A DNA stretch of 64,000 nt from Neovahlkampfia damariscottae (lineage: Eukaryota). Position 1 is the stretch's first letter; every line of letters starts with the position of its first letter. A model generated the notes under the pieces. The model was not told where the DNA came from. It searched no databases and saw only the letters and a list, made by a program, of their open reading frames with translations. Where the stretch lies: the NCBI GenBank assembly GCA_016618085.1, contig JABLTG010000016.1:62001-126000 (forward strand), in the 5' to 3' direction. The position numbers and the translations under genes are program-made. Shown here in pieces: positions 53,281 to 63,286 of this stretch.

Positions 53281-53741
53281 ATGGTAAAACAAAATGAATA
53301 AATAATTTAACTATAAAAATACAGGGTCGTGTTAGAACAAAAACAGTCAAAAAAGCTTCACGTGTCGTTATTGAAAAATACTACAACATGATGACAACAG
53401 ATTTCCAAACAAACAAAAGAATTGTAGCTGAAATAACTATTGTTGGATCAAAACGCCTTCGTAATAAAATTGCTGGTTTCGTCACCCATCTTATGAAAAG
53501 AATTCAAAAAGGAAATAATGTACCAGGAATTTCACTTAAATTACAAGAAGCTGAAAAAGAAAGAAGATTCGATTTTGTACCAGAAGTTTCTTATGTTGAT
53601 GAAAATATTCAAAGAGGAATTTATGTTGACTCTGATGTTCAAGATATGCTTGACTCTATTGGATTTGGAAAAATTGAAAACATCCAAAAAGATAGACCAA
53701 AAAGAACAAAAGGAAGAAAAGGTGGTAAAAAAGACGAATAA
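53281..53741 (+). CDS. RPS17: 40S ribosomal protein S17 (eS17)
   Basis: ATG, then intron 53284-53324, then [42 protein letters not shown]. Confidence 0.97.
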
Positions 53742-53836
53742 ATTTTGATTTATTAAATATATATTAAGACTCCTGTGTCCACTACATATCTCTTACTTTC
53801 TCCAAACCCAATAGACTAAAGTTTATTCAAACTTTG

Positions 53837-55020
53837 TTATAATTCAAAATCTTCTGCATCTAAAAATGAAGCTAGTTCTTCTTGTAACTTTGACTTTTCG
53901 ATTTCTTCTTCTTCTTCTTCTTCCATATTTTCATCTTCTTCCAATTTTGAATCCATATATGAATCTATGTATTGAGACGTGCTAATGCTACCAAAAGAAT
54001 TGTTCTCCTCTTTTTTTTCTTCTTCTTCTTCTTTAATAATACTTTCCATTTCTTTTGATAACTTTTTCAAATTCTCAATTAATTCTAATTGTGATTTGAA
54101 TAGACTTTTCATTTCAAAATCATTTTCAATTATATTTGTTAAATCAGTTTCAGATAATTTCAATGTATAACTCTTCAACTTTGAATTTAAATTTATTATT
54201 TTTTTGAATGAAATTGAATGAAAATTTGAATGATAATCATCATCTACAGTTAAATGTTGAATATATTCTTGATAAAATGATTCAATCTTTTTTAAATTTT
54301 CAACAGTTTCTTCATTTAAAATTTTTTCTTTTTTTTGTTGTTTGTATTCTTTATATAATTTTTCTGAATATAACTTCCATTCATTTTGAATATCATTATA
54401 CATTTGAACTTTTTCCATGAACAATTCACATTTCTATTGAAAAATAATTACAAAAAAAAAAAAAAAAAACTTGTTTTAAATGCAACTGTAAAACTTGTGA
54501 AGTCATTTTTGTTGATGACTCATTCAATAAATTATCATGACAAAAACTATTATTTGTCATTTTTCTTAATATTAGCGCACTAAACGACCTGTAAAATGGA
54601 TTTTAAAAATTTGAAAAAAACTAACCAAAGAATATGATACAATTTTGTTCCATGACAAGATTTTAAATTTGATTTAAATATTTTGTTAGATTCTTGATTT
54701 CCTATATTCTTCATTAAATCTAATTCTTTATTTTTTAGTTTTTCATTTTTTTTTTGTAACTTACCACTTAACCAGTCGCAAGAAATTTGTAAGAATTTAT
54801 CCTTTGATGAGTTATTATTATCTAAAGGCCATATTCCATTAAAATCCCTTTTAGTTCTCTTTGAATTCAATTTTGTAAATAAAAAATGAAGTAAGACAAA
54901 TAAACCGGTTGGATTTGGTTTCTTGAACATATTTTCATTGAATTTTATTTTATATTTCTTTTCATTTTCATTGATATCAAAACCTATTAGAATTATATTG
55001 TCCCAAAAAACTTGTTCCAT
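53837..55020 (-). CDS. Augmin subunit HAUS6-like
   Basis: FWDNIILIGFD, MFKKPN..LLHFLF..WPL..F..WL pattern of the HAUS6 N-terminal domain; 3 introns. Confidence 0.7.
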
Positions 55021-55096
55021 TTTTTTTACTGGTTCATAAAATTCGTTTTTTTACTAAATCTAATTTTATTGGTGGAATAATTTTTTTGGTTCAATA

Positions 55097-56887
55097 ATGT
55101 TGTGGTGGGTAACAACAATCATTTCAACAATTTTGTTGTTTTACCTTATACCAAGAGTATTCAAAAAAAAAACAACAATACAAAGAAGTTTGAAAAAAAT
55201 TGAAAAAACAAAACCAAGAGCATACTCAAAAATACAATATGACGATGAATATGAACAAAAAGAAAGAAGAATTCAACCAAAACGAAGAGAAAAACAACAA
55301 GAAATTGAACAATCATTAAATTTTGATATTAACTACTCATTTTATGATGAAAAAAAATCACAAAAAATGGAAATAAAACCACCAAGAAATGAAAGTAAAC
55401 CACTGGTTCAAATAGAAGAACAAAAACCTGTACAAAAATTACAAAATGTAAAAACACCACAAAAAACTAAAAAACTTAAAAAACCAATAATAACAACACC
55501 ATTACCAAATAAACAAACTTTTGTTCAAAAAAAAGATGAAATGATAAAAAAGACAGAAATATTAACAAATAAAAAAAGAGAAAGAGAATTTGATTTTTCA
55601 ACACCAACAAGAAAAGATATTAAAAAATCAGGTATAAAAAGAGACAGAAAAGATAGAACACCTCCTAATAATAAATCAGAAAAGAAAATTAAATTATCAC
55701 AAAAAGATATAATTAAAGATGAAACAATTGAGCTTGAAAGAGTTACAAAATTTGAAACACCAAAAAAGAGTCAAAGAATACAGTTTACCACTCCAAAGTC
55801 ATTAGTAAAGAAAGGTCTATTTACACATAAAGAAGATATTTTAGCACATAATGAAAGAGTTAATGAAATACTTTCATCAAATGTTCAACAAGTAACTTTT
55901 TTTTTTTTTAACAAGTTTTAGAATAAAACAAAAAAAGTTTCATTTGATATTCCAACAACATCAACTGATAAAGTTGAGAAGAAAAATGAAGTGAAAAAAG
56001 AAACTAGTGGTAGTCATGGTTTCAATTTTATTTCGGAAAATGTTGAAAAAAAAGAAGTTAAACCAAAAATAGAATCACTACCAAACCAAAGCACAGAAGG
56101 ATTTAAATTGGATACTACTTCAAAAACAGAAAAACCTAATGAAAAGAAGAATGAAATTAAAACACCTAGTGTATCAAGTGGTTTCAATTTTGGTGTTAAC
56201 ACGGAAACAGATTCAAAGAAAGAAGAAGAAGTTAAAATTGCAGAAAAAAAAGAAAAATCAAAAAGTTTAGAAACAAAACCTTCAGGAACATTTAGTTTTG
56301 GTGTTGAATCAAAAGCAGATTCATTCAATTTTAAAGCAAATGAACAAAAAGAAACCACAACAGAAAATGGATTTAGTGTTGGTGGACTTTCTGACAATAA
56401 AACAACTGGATTCAACATGGAAACACCTAAAAAAGAAACTACAGGTTTCTTCGCACCTTCAAATGGGTTTAATTTGTCAACAACACCTGGATTTAACACA
56501 GAAACTCCAAAGAAAGAAACATCACCAGATTTCAAAATTGATTCAAAAGCATTTGAAAATAACACAAATTCCTTCAATATGTCAAACCCAACAACAACTG
56601 TTAATAAACCTCAAAGTGATACATTTAGCTTTGGTGGATCAAATAATGATGCTCCAGTTCAAAATAGTTTTTCAACTGAAACTAATGTTGTTGGAAATCA
56701 TGCACAAAGTTTTCAACCAACAAATACAACGTCTACTTTTAATTTTGGAGGTGCATCTACCACTCCTAGTGCAGGAGGAGGATTTAATCAACCAACAAGT
56801 GATTTTGGTTTCACACCAAATTCATCATTTGGTGGTTCAACAACTACAACACCATCTTCATCAAGAAGAAGAACAAGAAAAAAATAA
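55097..56887 (+). CDS. Putative transmembrane FG-repeat nucleoporin (POM121-like architecture)
   Basis: N-terminal TM, basic middle, FNFG/FSFG/FG repeats, ends RRRTRKK; 30-nt intron 55892-55921 joins the two ORFs (586 aa). Confidence 0.65.
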
Positions 56888-56973
56888 TTCTAATAAATAA
56901 TTTTTGAATCATAATAATAACGAGTTTTGAAACCAAATTGTTATTGGTCAAACTCCAAACAAAAATAATTCAC

Positions 56974-58498
56974 ATGACAAGTGAAGAAGATGTTTATTGT
57001 TTTTGTCGTCAACCATACAATGAGAATGAATTTATGATTCAATGTGATTCTTGTCTTGAATGGTTTCATGGGGCTTGTGTAGGATTAGATGAAAAAACAG
57101 GAAAAAAACTAAAAAAATATAACTGTCCAACTTGTGAAGCTGTTTTGGTAAAAAAAAAAGAAAAAAACTAAATTCTTTTAGGATTTATCTAAAAATTACA
57201 ATACAAGATCAAGAAGAAATAAAAAATCAAAAATTATGGATTATAGTTCATTTGAATTTAAAAAAGAAGAATTAGTTTGAAAAAAAAAAACAAAAATACT
57301 CAAATTTTATAGGAATATTGGAAAAATGATAATATAATTAAATCTATAAACAAAGAGAATTGTTTAATTTTAAAAAAAAAATTAAGTCAACCTGGACATA
57401 TTTATCATATGAATATTTCAAATGATGGAACAATGCTTGTAAGAAGAAGAAGAAGGAAAAATTAATATTCTAATAATATAGGCAACTTGTAGTACTATTG
57501 GTAATATACGTATTTGGGATATAAAAACATTTGAATTAATTCAAGAATTATCTGATGAAAATGAAAAACAAATTGATGAATTTTATTTTGTTAAATTTTC
57601 AAAAGATGATAAATTCATAATTACAGGTGGTAAAAGAAAGAATAGATATCAATGGTCAAATAATGATAATGATAATTCAATTTTACATTGTCCTTTAAAA
57701 ATTTTTCATTTACTTTCTGGTAAAATTCATCAAATTTTAGATGGACATACTGAAGAAATTTTATGTTTAAAAAAAATAAAATTTAAAAAAGAAGAATATT
57801 ATTTGACAGGTAGTTATGATGGTTCAATGATAAAATGGAAAATTAATGAAAAAACTAATAAAATTCAAAAAGAACAAACTATTATGGATGGTATTTCAAA
57901 TGTCATTTTCTCAATATCATTTTTACCAAAATGTGAAAACAAATTCTTTTTAGCTGGTTGTGATGATAAAATTAAATTATTTGATTTTGAATTTGGTGAA
58001 TTAATTCAAGTTTTTGAAACAGGTTATGGTAAATTAAATTTCCTTTTTTGTCATTTTCTTAAATAGGTAAATTAATTCTTTTCAATTCATCATCAAAAAG
58101 GTTGTTATTGTGATTGTTTGAAATTTATTAATAATGATTTTTATTTCATTACTAAAGGATCAGAGTTGGAAGACGAAAAGAGTAAATTACCATTGGTAGC
58201 GAATGAGTGTCATTTGAGAAAATTAAATTTTGAAGATGGAAAGTTTTCGATTGAAACTATTCAAAAATTTAATCATGAAGAATATAAAAGTAATTCTTAT
58301 TTAGTTCAAATTTTATCAAATCAAAAATATTTAATTTCACCAGATACAAAAGGAAAGATATTTATTTGGAATTTAGAAAATGGAAAATTGTCATCCATTT
58401 TGAATGATTCAACAAATGAAATACGTGATGTTTTATTTTTTGGTTCTTATTTTTTATCATGTGGTGATGATTCATCAATTTTGATTTATTCTCAATAA
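56974..58498 (+). CDS. PHD finger - WD40 repeat protein
   Basis: YCFCRQPY..FMIQCDSCLEWFHGACV..YNCPTC spliced in frame to WD repeats (IRIWD, GHTEEI, TGSYDG, SCGDD). Confidence 0.8.
58029..58100 (+). other. Compound intron: tandem 38+34 nt units with zero-length exon
   Basis: AAATAG|GTAAAT at 58066/58067; removing either unit alone leaves an in-frame stop. Confidence 0.75.
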
Positions 58499-58585
58499 AA
58501 AATAAATTTGAAGATCATTTAGTGTTTGTACTTGGAGCGAAGTAATTCCACCAAACAAAAAATAGGTCGGATGACATTGAAAAAA

Positions 58586-60537
58586 TTATTTTTTTTTAGT
58601 CTCTGAGAATAGTTCTTTTCTTCTTTGATTCGTAGTTGAATAAACTTCGGATCTTTGCGACTGTGGTGGTTGAAATTGATACATTAACTCTTCTAGAGAA
58701 AAAATTGGTTCAAATGGTTTTTCTTCTTGGAATTTTTCAATGAGATATTTATAATTCTCTTTTTTGATTTTAAAGTTTTCTTCTTCTTCATGAAATAAGG
58801 GCTCTTCTATTTCAATATTGAATTGATCTTTAATAGCAAACTTTAAAAATTGATATGCTCCTTTTCGTAATATTTTTTGATTTTGGTGATATTCATCATG
58901 TAATTCAACTCCTTCCGGGTTATATTTCTCAGATTCTATTGTATCATTCAATGAACTCATAAATTCTAAAACAAAAATTTCTCCAATTGAATTAGGATTT
59001 TTTTTCAATTTTTCAAGACAGTATTCTTCAATTTCCAACATCCCATTTTTCGTTTTTGAATGTTTTATTAAAGTTTTGAGTAGTTTGGATAATTTATGAT
59101 CAGATTCTTCATTTTCTTTATTTCTTCCATTGATTACCCAATCATATAAAATTTCGATAGAATTTGATGAATCTATGTGATTCAATAAATTTTGAACTAT
59201 ATCAGTTTGATGAAAAATTCCACCCTTTTCAATTAGACATTTGAACTCTATAAAAGGTATTTGAACGTTTAATTTCTTTTCTTTAAATTTGAGGAAATTT
59301 TTAATGTTAACTTCTGATATGGAAGAAATTTCAAAAAAAAAAGAAGGAAACTTTTTTTCCACAATTCTGCTTCTTTTGATTGCTCTGATTAAAGATTTGT
59401 TATACTCAGATTCAATATCTTTAATTGGTATTATTGAATTGTTTGATGGTAATTCAATGTTTAAATCTGATTTCAAATTTTTGATTTGATTCATTGAATG
59501 TAGAGACAAAACTAAACTTAATTTTTTTTTTTCTTCTTCATTCATATCATTATTGAATTCATATTTCAATCTTTTCAAAAATTCTAATCTCTCAATTAAA
59601 TCTTTTTCTTTGTTTGCTAATGACTTTAGTTTTACTTCAGGATTCTCATAATAGAATGGAATTTTGACATTCACTGGTCCTAATTCTTCATTATCTGTTC
59701 TAGATATAGTCAAAAAACTCTTTGGAATCTCTTCTACTTTTTTATATTTCCGGTTGATGATATTTTTAGTTAACAAAATGATTGTTTTTTTTTCAACTTT
59801 TTTTTCAATTTTATCATCTTTCATCAATTCAAATGTTGGAATTGGGATGATATACCTCTGAGCCAAATCTAAAAAATCAAAATGAATCAGAAAAATACCT
59901 GAAATTGTATAAGCTATGATTCTAGCAGCTCTATCATGCAATTGAGTTTGAGATGCATTTTCTCCTTCATCACTTGTCATATTTTGTTGATTCACATTTT
60001 TTAATCTTGATAATTGATAAATAATAAATCTAACCAAAGATCTTCCATTTTCAGCACCAGGCAAGATAGTGTCCAATGTTTTTTCAATGATTCTTTTTGG
60101 AAATCTCCTATATTGTCTTTCTTTAGTTTGAATATAATTCAAAGATGTTCGAACAACTTCTTCCCATTCAAATAAAGAAAGACCAAATTCACCAACATTT
60201 TCTAATAATAAATTCATAACTTCTTCTTTTAAATCAATCCAAATTGAATTCATTTCCTCTTCTTGATTGATTAAATTTTGGTCAGTTTTTTCTGTTTCTG
60301 TTAATTTTTTAATATCTCTAAAATATGTCTTCAATTTTTCTTGTATTTTTTCTTTTGAGATTTTTCTTTCTTTTCTGTTAAATTGTGAATTGTTATTTTT
60401 TTTAACTTTTTTATGAATTTTGTTATCATTTCCTGTATTTTTTCATCAAATATTTCATTCTCTTGCAATAAACTTTTTGTTTAAAAATTCAATTTTTTTT
60501 ACCTTTGAATCTCTTTTTCACTGAAAAGTGAACTCAT
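58586..60537 (-). CDS. Hypothetical protein
   Basis: 582-aa ORF extended to ATG 60537 by two tiny introns; CCAAT box at 60557. Confidence 0.7.
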
Positions 60538-60681
60538 AAAGTCAGAAGAGCAAACTATTGGCTGAAAAATTGCTGTTTGATTTATATGTAAATTCCAAAA
60601 TAAATCTAAATAATGGAACTATAAAATTATTATTGACTATTTATTCAATCAAATTGAATCAACCAATCATTTAAGGAATTG

Positions 60682-60888
60682 ATGTGCACAGTAAAGACGA
60701 AGAACAGCGAACCATTGAAATATTCTCTTGATGAAGAATTAGGAGTCTATAGAGATTTAATGGAATTGGCTTTTCTAAGGGAAGAACATAGACGGGGCTT
60801 CAAACATAAAAGAGGACTTGTATTCAAAGAAGCTGCTTTTATAGGATTTCTGATGGTTTCATCTTATATTTATATCTTTTGTACATAA
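60682..60888 (+). CDS. Small (68 aa) protein with C-terminal hydrophobic segment
   Basis: CCAAT at 60663, ATG 60682, TAATAAAA at the stop. Confidence 0.55.
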   Translation: MCTVKTKNSEPLKYSLDEELGVYRDLMELAFLREEHRRGFKHKRGLVFKEAAFIGFLMVSSYIYIFCT

Positions 60889-61019
60889 TAAAACTTCAGT
60901 TGTAAAGAAAAAGTATAATTAAAAAAAAACGGAAAAAAAAAACAATTTTTCCGTTGAACGGATAATTTTATTTCTTGATTTCTATCTATCATTTGAAGTA
61001 ATAATACAACAATTATTAT

Positions 61020-62779
61020 TTATATTGATTGATCTATTCTGAGTCTCATTTCTTGCATGAAGTTTCTAAAATAAATTTTAAAAAAATCCTTATGATTTGG
61101 ATTTTCAAGATAATTTTCATAACTCAAAATTGTAATTGATTTAAAAAGCATTGTATCATAAGATTGTTTTATCATTGTTAACATTTGATCATCTGAAACA
61201 GATTCTCCAAATTTAAGTTCAATTTCAGCCAATAAATTAAATATTATCTCAAAATTTGGATTCAATAAAGAATGATATTTTTCTAATTGATGTTTTTGTT
61301 TCATTATTTCAAAAATCAACTCATCTTTTTTGAAGGAATTTAATTGGATAATATTTTAAAACTTACAATGTGAAGCCTTCTTTATAAGAAAATAATTTCC
61401 ATCTAAAATTGAAATATTCAACAAATTAATCACTTTTTTAATCAAAATTTTGTCATTTGTAAAGTTCAAAATTTTTAAAGACAAATTCCAAAATAATTTC
61501 CAATTTAAAATAAATTTGATTTTTTTAATTTTAATCTTAGTTGTCAAAACAATCGTTAAACTTACTTGTTGTATCATTAATTGAAATAAATCTAAAACTT
61601 TTTGAAAATGTTTCGTTGATAAATTCTCATTTAAATGAGATTCTAAAAATATCATTAAACAATCAAAAACAACTCTAATTAAAGAACCCATTCCATCATA
61701 ATAATATTTTTCATCATTTTTAAAAATATAAAAAGCATCCAATGAACAATCCCTGAATAAAAAATCATCAGAATCATTTTTTGATTCTAATAATATTTGT
61801 AAAATAATCAATGAAATGAAAGTTAAATCATCTTGAAAATCAACAAAAATTAATGAAATAAAAGTTAAAAAATTAGCAAATGAAATTTCTTTAAAAAATA
61901 ATTCATAATTCAAGTATAAAATGGAACGTAATTCGATGGTTGATTTTTTCTTTTTTTCAGTTTTTTTGAAAAATAGAGAATATAAAAAACCATCAGGTTG
62001 ATTCATTTCTTCATAAGAAAGAATCCAAAGTTTTAACCTATTAGAGATATACTCTTGAATTAATCTTTTGTCTTTTAATAAAATATTGCTTTGATAATGA
62101 ATTAAAATTGATAAACATAAAGAACAATTATGTTTCATTTTAAAAGTTGATGATGAATTTGTAATGATTTTTAAATAACCTTCTAATTTGAAATTATTGA
62201 AATAATCAATCAATATGTTTTGTTCTAATTCGTCAGAAATTCCACCCAATAAAATGATGTTTAAAAATAATAAAATTTGAATTTGTTTGATGTCTTTGGA
62301 TTCAATATAAATCTTTTCAATCTTTTTTAATAAATTTTGAAAAAAGAAATCACAATTCTTAAATCCACACACTTTATGTTAAATAATTTTTTTTTACCTA
62401 AGATACAAAAAAAGTGTTATTTTTTTTATGTTTATTTCTTTACCTAATGATATGATATCTGAAAACGAATTCCATTTTTTTTTAAAAATACTTTTAAGCA
62501 AAGAACACATTGTTAATGCTGAATTAACTCTTCTATCTTCGAAATTGTTGTCTAAATATTCAAGACATTTGTTGAAAATTAAGTGGAAATTGTTCTGTTT
62601 TTTATTAGTTAGCTTTTTCTTACTTGTTGTTTTAATAATTGACTTTCTGAATTTTGTAAAATTAAATCATCCAAATACTTCAAATTGACCCGTAAGAGAA
62701 ACATTTCATCCCAATTTATGTCTTCTTCTTGAAAGAGCCTTTCATAAAAGTCCATGAATTTTTCTTTTTTTGTTTCCAT
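61020..62779 (-). CDS. ARMH3 (C10orf76/UPF0668)-like protein
   Basis: KEKFMDFYERLF..WDEMFLLRVN and spliced DIISLVCGF resemble ARMH3; DELIFEI near the C-terminus. Confidence 0.7.
62372..62443 (-). other. Compound intron: tandem 46+26 nt units with zero-length exon
   Basis: TCTTAG|GTAAAA at 62398/62397 (minus strand); both units must go to restore DIISLVCGF. Confidence 0.65.
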
Positions 62780-62968
62780 TTTATTGGTTTCTGGGTTGTT
62801 GAGGGTGTTGAAAAAAACAAAATAATTTGGTTGGACGAATGAAATCATTTTTTTTGAAGAAGATGAAAATGGTTGAAGATTAAAATTGTTTATTATTCCA
62901 AAAATATCAAAATAACGGATTTAAACTGACCCATTGAGTTGTTTGGAAATAAGTTAGAGCTTAATTTC

Positions 62969-63148
62969 TTAAATTTTCGTTTGGTTGTGTTTAAATCCAC
63001 ACTTTGAGCAAACTATTGTTCTATAATAACCAGGATTGTTGCAAGCTGTTCTCAAGCGTTTTTCTTTTTTTTTTACAGTTTTTTTTTTTTTTTCATCCTT
63101 TTTGGGTATTTTTGTTGAAAAATCTCGAGATGAATTAAAGGAATTCAT
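62969..63148 (-). CDS. Small basic Cys-containing hypothetical protein, start uncertain
   Basis: ORF with C-x10-CSKCG; CCAAT box at 63218; an upstream out-of-frame ATG lies at 63195. Confidence 0.4.
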   Translation of the reverse strand: MNSFNSSRDFSTKIPKKDEKKKKTVKKKEKRLRTACNNPGYYRTIVCSKCGFKHNQTKI

Positions 63149-63286
63149 TTCAATAATGTTTTGAAAGTGCTGTGTTGGCACAATTAGTTTTCCATTTTAT
63201 TTATAACCTCTTTTCGACCAATCAAATATTCTTCAATTTGAATCCTGAAGAAATATAAGGCCAAAAAATTTATTCAATTTTTTCCA

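Noticed and set aside
3865..59861. Many antisense or alternate-frame ORFs (e.g. 3865-4281, 5149-5562, 23207-23584, 56014-56577, 56298-56900)
   Set aside because: Shadows of real genes, with no CCAAT-linked start and no family motifs.
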